Of a stretch of DNA of 31,877 bases, positions 8,894-17,759 are shown in pieces. This stretch comes from Anaerolineae bacterium (GTDB lineage: Bacteria > Chloroflexota > Anaerolineae > J102), in NCBI GenBank assembly GCA_026992375.1, contig JALXAF010000525.1:1-31877 (forward strand), given 5' to 3'. The position numbers were made by a program, and so were the translations under genes. The notes beneath the pieces were generated by a model. It was not told the DNA's origin. It made no database searches and worked only from the letters and a program-made list of their open reading frames with translations. Numbering within the stretch: position 1 is the first letter of the stretch; each line of letters starts with the position of its first letter.

Positions 8894-9766
8894 TCAACGT
8901 CGATTGACCAGCCACACGCCCGCGGCGATGAGGGCCAGCGCGGCCAGTTGCGCCCAATAGAGCCGCTCATCCAGAAAAATGACGCCGAAGATGACCGCGA
9001 AGACCGGGATGACGTAGGTCACCAGGGAGGTGGGCGTGGCCCCGATGGATTTGATGAGCTGGAAGAAGATAAAATAGGCCAGGCCCGTGCTCAAAAACCC
9101 CAGCCACAACACCGAAAACCATGCCAAAGCCGTGGGCTGCAACGTCCACGGCTTTTCCCACAGCAGGGCCGGCGGGAGCATCCACAGCAGGGCGAAGCCC
9201 AGTTGCAGAGCGGCGAGGGTGGCCGAGGGCACGCCTTGCAGATATTTGCGGGTGATGACCGAGCCGGTGGCGTAGCCCAGCGTGGCCAGCACGATGGCCA
9301 ATTGCCCGACGACTGCGCCGCTGAGGCCCTGGGTGAGCAGATCGGGCGCAAACAGGATGAAGACGCCCAGAAATCCCATGGTCACGCCCGCCACCCGGCT
9401 CCAGGTGAATCGCTCATCGCTGAGCGCGAAATGGGAGATGACCACGGTGAAGAGCGGCACGGAGCTGTTGAGGATGGCGGTCAGGCTCGAGGGAATGTGC
9501 TGTTCGCCCCAGGTGATGAGGGAGAAGGGCAGCGCGTTGTTCACCAGCGCCACCAGGAAGATGACGCCGATGATGCGCCAGCCTGGGGGCAAATGCTCCC
9601 CCAGCTTCCAGGCCAGCAGGGCCATCGCCGCCGCCCCAAGCAACAAACGCAGCATCACCAGGGTCAGGGGGCCCATGCCCCCCAGAAGCCCCAGCTTGAT
9701 GAACAGGAAGGAGGAGCCCCAGATGGCGGAGAGGATGATGAAACGGGCGGCGTCGCGGCGGGACAT
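8894..9766 (-). CDS. DMT/EamA family transporter
   Basis: About 10 hydrophobic helices in two EamA repeats (IWGSSFLFIK; LSTGLAYFIFF...IGAT). Start set to MSRRD at 9766. Confidence 0.92.
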   Translation of the reverse strand: MSRRDAARFIILSAIWGSSFLFIKLGLLGGMGPLTLVMLRLLLGAAAMALLAWKLGEHLPPGWRIIGVIFLVALVNNALPFSLITWGEQHIPSSLTAILNSSVPLFTVVISHFALSDERFTWSRVAGVTMGFLGVFILFAPDLLTQGLSGAVVGQLAIVLATLGYATGSVITRKYLQGVPSATLAALQLGFALLWMLPPALLWEKPWTLQPTALAWFSVLWLGFLSTGLAYFIFFQLIKSIGATPTSLVTYVIPVFAVIFGVIFLDERLYWAQLAALALIAAGVWLVNRR

Positions 9767-9924
9767 GATGGGAGACGCGTGATCCGTAAGATTGGCTGAA
9801 CGTGACCAGGGGAGTGTAGTGGAAATGGCGGGAATGATCAAAGATTTGGTCGAGATTTGAAAGCGTTGTCAACAATCATCAATCATTGATCATTGACCTT
9901 CCCCTTGTGCTAAAATAGACGACC

Positions 9925-12282
9925 ATGAGCACCTGGTCGCCCGAGGATCAAGAAGAAGTCCTCGTACTCTCCACCAAAAATCCAACGCCCCGCTGGTTGA
10001 AGATCATCCTGAAGGCGCTGGTGGTCTTGCTGGCTCTGGCGCTGTTGGTCGCGAGCGTCATCGCCTGGCGCTATTACGCGGTGCATCAGCGGCTGAAGAA
10101 GGACCTGACCGCGGTGATCCAGGAAGAGGAGCACATCCGCTCGATGGGCGGCATCAACGCGGTGAACGATATGCTCGATCCCCGAGCTCCCCGGAGCTGG
10201 CGATTCCGCTATCTTTCCAGCGTGCGGGCCCGAAAAGGGCTGCCCGAGCCCGAAATTCAGGTGGAATCAGTGGGATACGACGGGATCAACGCCCGGGTGG
10301 AATTGCTGGCGAATGGCGTGCGCCAATATCGCCACTATCGCCTCTACACGGGCAAGGATTGGCGGCGCGCGCCCTTTGTGGCGACGGGCTGGGGTTACAA
10401 GCAGAGCATCGACGACGCGGGCGGGTTCCAGCTCATCTATTGGGATGAAGACGCGGCTTTCGCCCAGGAGCTGGCCGATGATCTCCCCGGCCTGACGACG
10501 CTGATGCAGGGGCTGGGACTGACGCCCGCGGTCGGCAAGCTGATCATCATCCCCCAGGAGTTGGGAGACCTGGTGCATCCGGCGGAGAAGACCTCGGGGC
10601 TGGTGATCAACTCGCCCCATGTAGACCTGATCGACGCGCCGCCTCCGGGCCTGACGCCCCAGCAAATGCTCCGGGTCGAGCTGGGGAAACGCATCGTGGC
10701 TGACGCCCGGGAGCGGACGCCCGTCACATCCCATCTGCCCGGCGCAGCGCGAGTGCAAAATGCCATCGACGAGGCGCTGGCCTGGCAATGGGCCACGGGC
10801 GACGTTCCCGACGCCATCCTGGCCGGGTGGGCGAACAAGCTGAAGGGGCATTGGGTTTCGCCGGTCACGGGCCTGCCCCCTGATCTCATCACCGAACTTC
10901 CGCCCGACGCGCCCGACGCCGCGGCCCGGCTGATGATGACCTGGCTGCTGCGAACGAAAGGCCCGGACGCGCTGCTGGCCCTGAGCGCGGCCCTGCCCGA
11001 CGCGGCTGGCTGGGATGACGCTTATCAACGCATCGCCCACATATCCGCCCTGGAAGTCGAAGAGGCCGCGCAGTCGTTGATGAAACATCCGGGCGAGCCT
11101 GTTTCGGAGAAGCCGAAAGCGGGCCCGGGGCCAGCGCCCCAAACCGTTATCCTGCTCACCACCACGCCCGACGCCCGGGGACGGCTGCTGGGGCGCACGC
11201 CCACCGGCCAGACCGTGCTGCTGGAGCCATCGGCGGATGCAGCCTTTGTTATGGTCGACGGCTCGGGCCTGGATTATGAATGCGTGGCTCCCGGCTCGCG
11301 GGTGCGGGTGCAGGGACAATGGCTGGATGAAGGATTGCGGTTGGGCTTCGAGACCATAACGCTGGATCGGGCGGTTCCGCCTCCCGTCCTGCAAACGCCC
11401 CCCCTTGCCGATAACGCGGCGATTCTGGCCTGGCGTTTGCGCGAGGGAAAGGAAAAAGGCGTGACCGAGGTTGCATTGGTGGAATGGCTGCCCGGCGACG
11501 TGGCCAATGTTCTGGCTCTGCCCGATCCCGACTTCGCGCCCTTCCCCGCCTCCTTCTCTCGCCCCGGCCAGCCTCCGCTGCTGGTCTGGCGGCAAAGCGT
11601 GCGCTGCAACCGCAACTGGCTGGCGGCCTACGACCCGGCTCGGGGGATCATCGGCGCCTGGCTCGCGCCCGTTGACGCGCCTCAAGTCGGCGCGGTCGAT
11701 TACATTCCGGGCGAGGAAATGACATTTCTGTTCTCGGCCGCCTCCGCAGCCACGGGCATCCGCCACTTCCGGTCGGATGAGCATCACGTGCTGACGCCCC
11801 TCTCGCCCGAAGAATGGCGCGATCTGACGCAATCAGCGGCTCATCCTTATCGCGCCTTCCTCGATCTGGGCGCCGGCGCAGTGCAGGCGATGGATCTCTC
11901 CGGGCGGGTGCATTCGCAGCTCTACCAGGCGGCGCCGGGAGAAGAAATCCCCTACTTGATTCCGACCTTCGGCGTCGAGAATGACGAGGTCTTCATTGCG
12001 TCGCAGCCCACCGACGGACCCCTTGGGCTGGTGCGCGTGCTGAAGGTCTCGATGAACAGGCCGGGCGAGGCGTCTCTGGTCTTCGAGGCTTCGCCTCGGG
12101 GCGTCATCACCGCCATGGCTCTCTGCCCGGACGGCGGCTATCTTTATGGCATGGCCATCCCTGCGGAGCCAAAACCGCAGGGCGTTTTGCGCCTGCATAA
12201 GCCTTCGGGCGAGGACGTGGCTGTCTCCCCCATCCTGGATGACATTCCCGCGCCCCTCTACTGCGCCAAAACGATGCAATAG
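9925..12282 (+). CDS. Large membrane-anchored hypothetical protein with a possible degenerate peptidase MA-like domain
   Basis: 785 aa, single N-terminal TM helix, GC-rich codon use. Extended -10 TGcTAAAAT at 9908-9916 with no SD suggests a leaderless start. Confidence 0.7.
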   Translation: MSTWSPEDQEEVLVLSTKNPTPRWLKIILKALVVLLALALLVASVIAWRYYAVHQRLKKDLTAVIQEEEHIRSMGGINAVNDMLDPRAPRSWRFRYLSSVRARKGLPEPEIQVESVGYDGINARVELLANGVRQYRHYRLYTGKDWRRAPFVATGWGYKQSIDDAGGFQLIYWDEDAAFAQELADDLPGLTTLMQGLGLTPAVGKLIIIPQELGDLVHPAEKTSGLVINSPHVDLIDAPPPGLTPQQMLRVELGKRIVADARERTPVTSHLPGAARVQNAIDEALAWQWATGDVPDAILAGWANKLKGHWVSPVTGLPPDLITELPPDAPDAAARLMMTWLLRTKGPDALLALSAALPDAAGWDDAYQRIAHISALEVEEAAQSLMKHPGEPVSEKPKAGPGPAPQTVILLTTTPDARGRLLGRTPTGQTVLLEPSADAAFVMVDGSGLDYECVAPGSRVRVQGQWLDEGLRLGFETITLDRAVPPPVLQTPPLADNAAILAWRLREGKEKGVTEVALVEWLPGDVANVLALPDPDFAPFPASFSRPGQPPLLVWRQSVRCNRNWLAAYDPARGIIGAWLAPVDAPQVGAVDYIPGEEMTFLFSAASAATGIRHFRSDEHHVLTPLSPEEWRDLTQSAAHPYRAFLDLGAGAVQAMDLSGRVHSQLYQAAPGEEIPYLIPTFGVENDEVFIASQPTDGPLGLVRVLKVSMNRPGEASLVFEASPRGVITAMALCPDGGYLYGMAIPAEPKPQGVLRLHKPSGEDVAVSPILDDIPAPLYCAKTMQ

Positions 12283-12296
12283 ATGTTATCACCTTA

Positions 12297-12412
12297 TCAA
12301 TGGAATCCTGGCCCACTGAGCAAGAAAATGTCTCATGCAAAGACGCAGAGCCGCAAAGGAAAAAAGAGGCAAAGAAAAACTTGGCGCATTGGCGGCTTTG
12401 CGTGAGATCAGC
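12297..12412. repeat. Family F palindromic repeat, copy 1
   Basis: About 115 bp, near-identical to 30020-30135. Core TCTCA(C/T)GCAAAGACGCAGAGCCGCAAAG...CTTTGCGTGAGA. Confidence 0.9.
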
Positions 12413-13025
12413 CCTGCAATAGCGCCAGGCCCCGCTCGTATTTCGATTCAGTCTGAGGATGCAGGCCCGGCATGGATTGCAAGGCGTCGGCCAGGGCCCG
12501 CAACGACGCCTCATCCCCATGGGAAAGCAGCTCGATCTCAAGCTCCCACGCCTGATCCTCTCGCTGGCCCGCACGCCAGCGCACCTCGTCCAGACTGAGC
12601 AAGGCGAAGGGCGCGCCCTGCTCATCCAGCACCCGGGCCTCGTGGCGCTGCTGATGAATGGTGAACAGGCGCTCCAGGGGCTGCTCGCCTACGATCGCCC
12701 GCAACATATCCGCTTCGGGGGTGTGAGGCCAGCGCGCGGGCTCGGTGGGATGCTCGGTGGGGATGTGCAGCTCGCGTCGCCGGTGCCAGACGCCGCTGGC
12801 GGGGGCCAGGCTCTTGAGCTGCAATGAGGCCGCGCCATTCTTGCGCCGAAATCGCAGGGCGTAACTGGCCCGGGCCACGCGCCGGTCGGGCGTGTCGTAA
12901 TAAGCATCCACCACCTGTTTCAGCTGGAAGGGCGTCAGCGCATAACCGCCCAAACGGCGCTGTGCCAGCAGCCGTCGGGCCAGCGCGTCATCCAGCCGGT
13001 ATTTCAACTCGATCTCGGTGCTCAT
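12408..13025 (-). CDS. CYTH domain protein (triphosphate tunnel family)
   Basis: EIELKY (ExExK), DAYYDTPD, ALRFRR, LSLDEV, ELEIEL, SKYERGL motifs. Confidence 0.92.
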   Translation of the reverse strand: MSTEIELKYRLDDALARRLLAQRRLGGYALTPFQLKQVVDAYYDTPDRRVARASYALRFRRKNGAASLQLKSLAPASGVWHRRRELHIPTEHPTEPARWPHTPEADMLRAIVGEQPLERLFTIHQQRHEARVLDEQGAPFALLSLDEVRWRAGQREDQAWELEIELLSHGDEASLRALADALQSMPGLHPQTESKYERGLALLQG

Positions 13026-13028
13026 GGG

Positions 13029-14384
13029 TCAGGGAGCCAGTTCATAATCCCACCCGAAGTTGACGTCGGTTTTGGTCTCGCCCGGCGCCAGGGTCACGGT
13101 CTGTTGGCCGTCGGGCGGATGAGTCCACCGGCCGGGAATGAAGATGTAGTGGTTGTAGTCGGATGCAGTGTCGATGCTGACGCAGTATTCGCCCGCCTTC
13201 AGCCCCTTGAACGCGTATTTGCCATTGGCTTCCGCCTGGATGACGGCCAGGCCCGAGCTGGGGCACGGGCCCGCGCCCAACGTGATCTCGGCGCCGCCAA
13301 TGGGAGGCTCGCCCGGCTGATAGACGCCGTCGGCCATGACGCCGCCTCCAGGCGCAATGTCGCAGCCCTCGGGCAATGAATCGGCGGTGGCCTGATCCGC
13401 CGCGCACAGATCATGCCACACAAAGCCGCTGATGACGCCGTTGGCCGCGTCGCCGGCGGGCGCGTTCCGCGGCACGCGGATTTTTACCCAGAAAGGCGTC
13501 TTGCCGTCACCGCCCAGGCCAAATCGTTCGCCTGCGGGCGTCTGCAAAAGCCATTTGCTGGTGTAAGCGCCTTTGACCGCGGGTGCGACCAGATCCACCG
13601 AGATATCGACGCTTTTGCCCGGCTTTACCGTCACGCCCAGAGGCTGGCTGTCGGGCCCGTTCATCTGCTCGCCCCCAGCGAAAACCAGCGCCACATCCTC
13701 CGGCCAGGCGCACGAGCCCCCGTTTTTCAGCCGCCAGGTCTTGGTGAAGCGCGCTCCCGGATTGATCTTGGCGTTGTCGGGCACAGTCACATCTTTGACG
13801 AAGATGACGCGATAGGTGCAGGCGTTGTTCTCCGCCTCCGCGGGCGCAGGGGTGACCGTGGGCGTCGGCTCGGGCGTGGCCGTGGGCGGCTCGATGGCGG
13901 GGAGCAGCACCGGCGGCAACGGCGTGGCGGTGGGCGTTGGCGTGGGCGGCACGTTATCCTGGGCCAGGGCGAAACTGCTCTGGATGCCGTTGACGAGCAC
14001 CGCGTAATCCCCCGCGGGCAATCCCAGCCCGTTCAAGGGGATGGTTTTTGTGAAGGATTGTGGCTCTTTCTTGCAGCGCTCTTTGGCCGGGCGCAGCGTG
14101 GCGACCTCCACTTGAAAACGATCATCCTGCCGGGAGGCGGTGGCCTTGCCCACGCTGGTGCAGGCGTCGGGCAGCGTCCCCTTCACCTCCACCTGGATAT
14201 CGTAAGGCGGGCTTTCTCCCGAGATGTGAACAGCCACAGACTGGATTTCGGCCTGGCCGATGATATTGCCTTGATTATCCATCGGGCCCTTGGACGCAAT
14301 GTTGCACGCCGCCAGGAGTATCAGCAGGCCCAACAAAATCGGCGGTAAGATGAAAAAACGCTTCGAGGGGAAGTGGGATCGCAT
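13029..14384 (-). CDS. Lipoprotein with NBR1-type Ig-like domain and C-terminal SdrD-B-like domain
   Basis: Lipobox LLAAC and PT-rich linker. FVKDVTVPDNA...FTKTWRLKNGGSCAW is an NBR1-Ig signature; C-terminal ISGFVWHD...PIGGAEITL...NFG. SD GGAGG. Confidence 0.85.
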   Translation of the reverse strand: MRSHFPSKRFFILPPILLGLLILLAACNIASKGPMDNQGNIIGQAEIQSVAVHISGESPPYDIQVEVKGTLPDACTSVGKATASRQDDRFQVEVATLRPAKERCKKEPQSFTKTIPLNGLGLPAGDYAVLVNGIQSSFALAQDNVPPTPTPTATPLPPVLLPAIEPPTATPEPTPTVTPAPAEAENNACTYRVIFVKDVTVPDNAKINPGARFTKTWRLKNGGSCAWPEDVALVFAGGEQMNGPDSQPLGVTVKPGKSVDISVDLVAPAVKGAYTSKWLLQTPAGERFGLGGDGKTPFWVKIRVPRNAPAGDAANGVISGFVWHDLCAADQATADSLPEGCDIAPGGGVMADGVYQPGEPPIGGAEITLGAGPCPSSGLAVIQAEANGKYAFKGLKAGEYCVSIDTASDYNHYIFIPGRWTHPPDGQQTVTLAPGETKTDVNFGWDYELAP

Positions 14385-14616
14385 GGGCGCGCCTCCGTGG
14401 AATGAGGTTGAAACAACGTCATCTTCCCAAATTATACTTCATTCCGCAAATCGGGTGGAAGACTGGAGAAGAAGAACTGAAACGCGGTCATTTTCCCATC
14501 TTCCACATTCAGTTGTGATAGAATACGGAGACGCCGCGTCGCCCGATCTGTGTTTTTGCAAAAATACGCTCATCGGAGACTAGCAAGGGCGATCCCACAA
14601 ATTCAAGGAAATCACC

Positions 14617-14910
14617 ATGACACCATCGACATCAACCACCATGCGGCAGCTCTGGACCACCATCCAGGAGCGCAAAATCGCCATGCCTGAGGACAGCTAC
14701 ACCGCGTTTTTATTTCGCTCGGGCGAGAACGAAATCTTGAAGAAAATCGGCGAAGAGGCCATCGAGGTGATCATCGCGGCCAAAGGCGAGGGCGACGATC
14801 GCGTCATCTACGAATCCGCGGACCTGATCTACCACCTGCTGGTGCTGCTGGCCCAACGCGATCTGACCTGGGAGCAGATCGAGGCGGAGCTGGCGCGGCG
14901 ATTCAAATAG
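14617..14910 (+). CDS. hisE: Phosphoribosyl-ATP diphosphatase (stand-alone)
   Basis: [44 protein letters not shown]. Alternative start at 14641. Confidence 0.94.
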   Translation: MTPSTSTTMRQLWTTIQERKIAMPEDSYTAFLFRSGENEILKKIGEEAIEVIIAAKGEGDDRVIYESADLIYHLLVLLAQRDLTWEQIEAELARRFK

Positions 14911-14946
14911 ATCGAGGAGGGGACAGGATCGCTGTTCCGCAAATAG

Positions 14947-15056
14947 GCTCTCTTACGTCATTTCGAGGGAGCGCAGCGACCGAGAAATCCCCTTGCACAC
15001 GAGGAGATTCCTTCTCCCTGCGGTCGTCGGAATGACGTAACAAGGGATTTTCATCG
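14947..15056. repeat. Family E palindromic repeat, copy 3
   Basis: TTACGTCATT (14953) ... AATGACGTAA (15040). Opposite orientation to 2266-2395. Confidence 0.85.
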
Positions 15057-15101
15057 GTATCGGCGTTGGTGCGCCCGCCGTTGGACTGTTCCGAAAATAG
15101 A

Positions 15102-15178
15102 TTTCACGCAAAGACGCCAAGGCGCAAAAGGAAAAAGAAGCGAAGAATTCTTTGCGGCTTTTGCGCGTTGGCGTGAGA
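15102..15178. repeat. Family F-related palindromic repeat, diverged copy
   Basis: TCACGCAAAGACGCCAAGGCGCAAA ... TTTGCGCGTTGGCGTGAGA. Confidence 0.75.
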
Positions 15179-15205
15179 CAAAGCCGGCTTCAGCAAAGTC
15201 AGGAT

Positions 15206-15251
15206 TTGACCGACGGTTGTTTGGTGTGGTAAAGTTAGTTTGCAAAACTAA
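15206..15251 (+). promoter_or_regulatory. Promoter and palindromic operator upstream of the MarR gene
   Basis: TTGACC (15206-15211), 18 bp, TGnTAAAGT, then perfect 7-3-7 IR TTAGTTT-GCA-AAACTAA (15235-15251). Confidence 0.6.
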
Positions 15252-15275
15252 TAATTCTCGTTGCATCCCAATCCC

Positions 15276-15731
15276 ATGACAACTACGAATCTTCAGCAGG
15301 ACGCAGCTCAACTGCTTTCCCTGATGAAGCGCCTGCGACAACTTTCCCCGACGGCGCCCCCGCCACAGACGGCGCAGGCGTCTCCATCCATGATGGCCAT
15401 CATTGATTTCGTTGGTTCGTCGCCCGATTGCGGCGTCAAAAAGATCGCCCGTGGCCTCAAGCTTTCGACGCCCACCGTCAGCGTCAGCATTCGTCATCTG
15501 GAGAAGGCCGGATTCATCGACAGGCGTCCTCATCCTGCCGACAGGCGGGCGGTGCAGATTTTCCTCACGCCCAAGGGACGAGAGCTATACGAGCAGACGT
15601 ATGCTTTCCGGCGACAGACTTTCGAAAGGCTGCTGTCGGGCCTGACTCCTGACGAGCGGCGGACGCTGCTAAAATTGCTGGAGAAAGCCGTCACCCAAAC
15701 CGAAAATTCCAAACGCACGAAAGCATCGTGA
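15276..15731 (+). CDS. MarR family transcriptional regulator
   Basis: Winged helix LSTPTVSVSIRHLEKAGFIDRRPHPADRRAVQIFLTPKG. Confidence 0.93.
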   Translation: MTTTNLQQDAAQLLSLMKRLRQLSPTAPPPQTAQASPSMMAIIDFVGSSPDCGVKKIARGLKLSTPTVSVSIRHLEKAGFIDRRPHPADRRAVQIFLTPKGRELYEQTYAFRRQTFERLLSGLTPDERRTLLKLLEKAVTQTENSKRTKAS

Positions 15732-15853
15732 CCATAAGCGTGCGGCTGGCGGTCTGGGCGATGATTCTGATTTTGATATACATGCAATCGCGTAAAAGCA
15801 ACCAGGCGGTCGCATGACACTATCTTCCGCTATTCTCACAAAGGAGCCGAACC

Positions 15854-16447
15854 ATGTCTCCGCGAATCATCGCATTTGCAGTCGTTTCATTCCTTCACAC
15901 CATCTTTTCCGTAATCTGGATGGGCGGCATGATCGTGACGCTCATCGCTTACACGCCTGCAGTCAAGGAAGCGCTGGGTGCGGGCCCGCAAGCCAAAAAG
16001 ACGCTGGGATCGTTCAAGAAAAAACAGCGCATCTGGGTTTACATCAGTATGGCGGGCCTGGTTATCACCGGTCTTTTGATGAGCCGCCGCAGTCCGGAGT
16101 TCGTGCGGCTCTTCTCGTTCAGCAACGCCTACTCCGTTGCTCTCAGCATCAAGCACATTATCGTCATTGTGATGATCGGCATCGCCTTATACCGCTCCAT
16201 CGTGCTGGCGCCCAAGCCAATGCCGACGCCTGGGCCTGGCGGCGCTTCTGGTCTTGGGGGACAGCCGGGAAAAATGCAGGGAAAACAGGCCGGGAAACGC
16301 CTGGACGGCGGGCCCGCCTCGGCGGCCATGACAAAAAGAGAGAAACTGAATTTCACATTGTTGGTGATCAACGTGATTTTGGCGGTGCTGGTTTTGTTCA
16401 ACAGTGCGATAGTTGGCGCTCTGGCGACGCCACTTCCAGGCAAATAG
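15854..16447 (+). CDS. Integral membrane protein, CopD/DUF4149-like
   Basis: LH.IFSVIWMGG, LVITGLLM, LSIKHIIV; 4 TM helices with a Gly/Pro-rich loop. SD AAAGGAG. Confidence 0.65.
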   Translation: MSPRIIAFAVVSFLHTIFSVIWMGGMIVTLIAYTPAVKEALGAGPQAKKTLGSFKKKQRIWVYISMAGLVITGLLMSRRSPEFVRLFSFSNAYSVALSIKHIIVIVMIGIALYRSIVLAPKPMPTPGPGGASGLGGQPGKMQGKQAGKRLDGGPASAAMTKREKLNFTLLVINVILAVLVLFNSAIVGALATPLPGK

Positions 16448-16536
16448 CGCCTCGACTCGCCAGATTCGCCGCGGACGGCTTCGCACCCGTTCGCACGAGC
16501 CCATGTTATCCGCGGCGAATCCAACCGTCGCGCTTG

Positions 16537-17328
16537 CTACAGCGTCTCCCAAAAATCCTGCAATGCGCCCGAGACGGTATTGGGCGCCTCCACCGGCAGG
16601 AAATGTCCGGTTCGGGGAACAAGGAGCAACCGGGCGTCGGGGATGCCTGCAGCGATCTCGCGAGCCATATCTGGTGAGGTGACCGCATCCTGCTCGCCTG
16701 TCATCACCAGGGCGGGCAATGCGATCTCTCCCAGCCGGGGCCTCAGATCCTCCCGCTCGAACACCGCCTCCGCGGTCCAGTGCAATCCCTCGCCATCGAT
16801 GTTCAAAAAATCATCCATGAAACGGGCGATGGCCTCTTTGCGCGTCCGACGGCTGGTCTCGCTAAAGAAAAGCCCCGTCAGCTTTTCGGCCACGGGCGCA
16901 TGATGCCCGGCCCGCACTGCGGCGACGAGCTGACGATAGCTCTCCAGCCGCACGCCGCTCTCGGCTGCGGCCGAACCGCCGATGAGCGCGAGGGAGCGCA
17001 GCGCTTCGGGATGCGCCAGGGCGAAGATGGGGCCCATCATCGCACCCATGGAATGCCCCACATAGTGCGCCGGGCCCACACCCAGCTTTTGTAACAGCTC
17101 GTACAGATCATCCACCATATCGTTCAGGCTGTAGGGCTCAGGGGGAAATCCGGTGTCGCCATGCCCGCGTTGATCTGGCAGGATGAGGGTGTAGCGCTCC
17201 GCCAGGGTCGCGACCTGCGCGTCGAATTCGCGATGATTCCATGTGAGACAATGGGCGAAAAGCACAGGCGGGCCTTGCCCGATGACTTGGTAACTGTAGG
17301 GAACGCCCCGGATATCGACTTTTGCCAT
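16537..17328 (-). CDS. Alpha/beta fold hydrolase (enol-lactonase-like)
   Basis: DQRGHG, nucleophile GHSMG, GEQD acid, GHFLPVE His. SD GGAGG. Confidence 0.92.
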   Translation of the reverse strand: MAKVDIRGVPYSYQVIGQGPPVLFAHCLTWNHREFDAQVATLAERYTLILPDQRGHGDTGFPPEPYSLNDMVDDLYELLQKLGVGPAHYVGHSMGAMMGPIFALAHPEALRSLALIGGSAAAESGVRLESYRQLVAAVRAGHHAPVAEKLTGLFFSETSRRTRKEAIARFMDDFLNIDGEGLHWTAEAVFEREDLRPRLGEIALPALVMTGEQDAVTSPDMAREIAAGIPDARLLLVPRTGHFLPVEAPNTVSGALQDFWETL

Positions 17329-17477
17329 GATAACCTCCGTGATTGAGATAATGATGGGACGCCAGCGTCGCCACTGGCAATGGGGACGGAAAAAATCATA
17401 TCATCAGCCCATCTTCTGGATCAAGCTGACGGGCGTCTTGCGTATCGCTCAATATGTTCGTCTCCATGTCGCCCCAA

Positions 17478-17505
17478 GAACAAAACCCCGGCCCGGGCCG
17501 AGGTT
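17478..17505 (-). terminator. Intrinsic terminator downstream of thx
   Basis: Minus strand CCTCGGC-CCGG-GCCGGGG stem followed by TTTTGTT. Confidence 0.75.
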
Positions 17506-17511
17506 CTGTTC

Positions 17512-17631
17512 TCACTTGCGTGATTCTTTCTCTTCTTTTAGCTTTCGCAGCTTCTTCGGATTAGGGCGATACTTGCCATACGTGCCCTTCCATATCTTGC
17601 CGCGACGGGTGCGTTTGTCGCCTTTACCCAT
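17512..17631 (-). CDS. thx: 30S ribosomal protein Thx (bS31), 39 aa
   Basis: [23 protein letters not shown] closely matches the Thermus Thx N-terminus ([22 protein letters not shown]). SD GGAG, upstream TATAAT (minus strand, 17686-17691) and downstream terminator. Confidence 0.92.
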   Translation of the reverse strand: MGKGDKRTRRGKIWKGTYGKYRPNPKKLRKLKEEKESRK

Positions 17632-17759
17632 GAAACGTCTCCAATGGAAATGGTGGTTGGTGTGCTGGAAATAATTTCGTCCCCAATTATAAAAGGATTT
17701 AGCAACCGGACACAAATTCGGCGGTATGTTTTCCCTGCCGAAATCTTTGCCCGAGCGCG

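Noticed and set aside
12281-12290. AGATGTTATC, matching the start of the MITE A TIR
   Set aside because: Only 10 bp, with no continuation or opposite end; chance or an unprovable remnant.
15083-15200. Possible TIR pair (GACTGTTCCGAAA / CAGCAAAGTC) around the F-like repeat
   Set aside because: Weak match (about 9/13) and no TSD.
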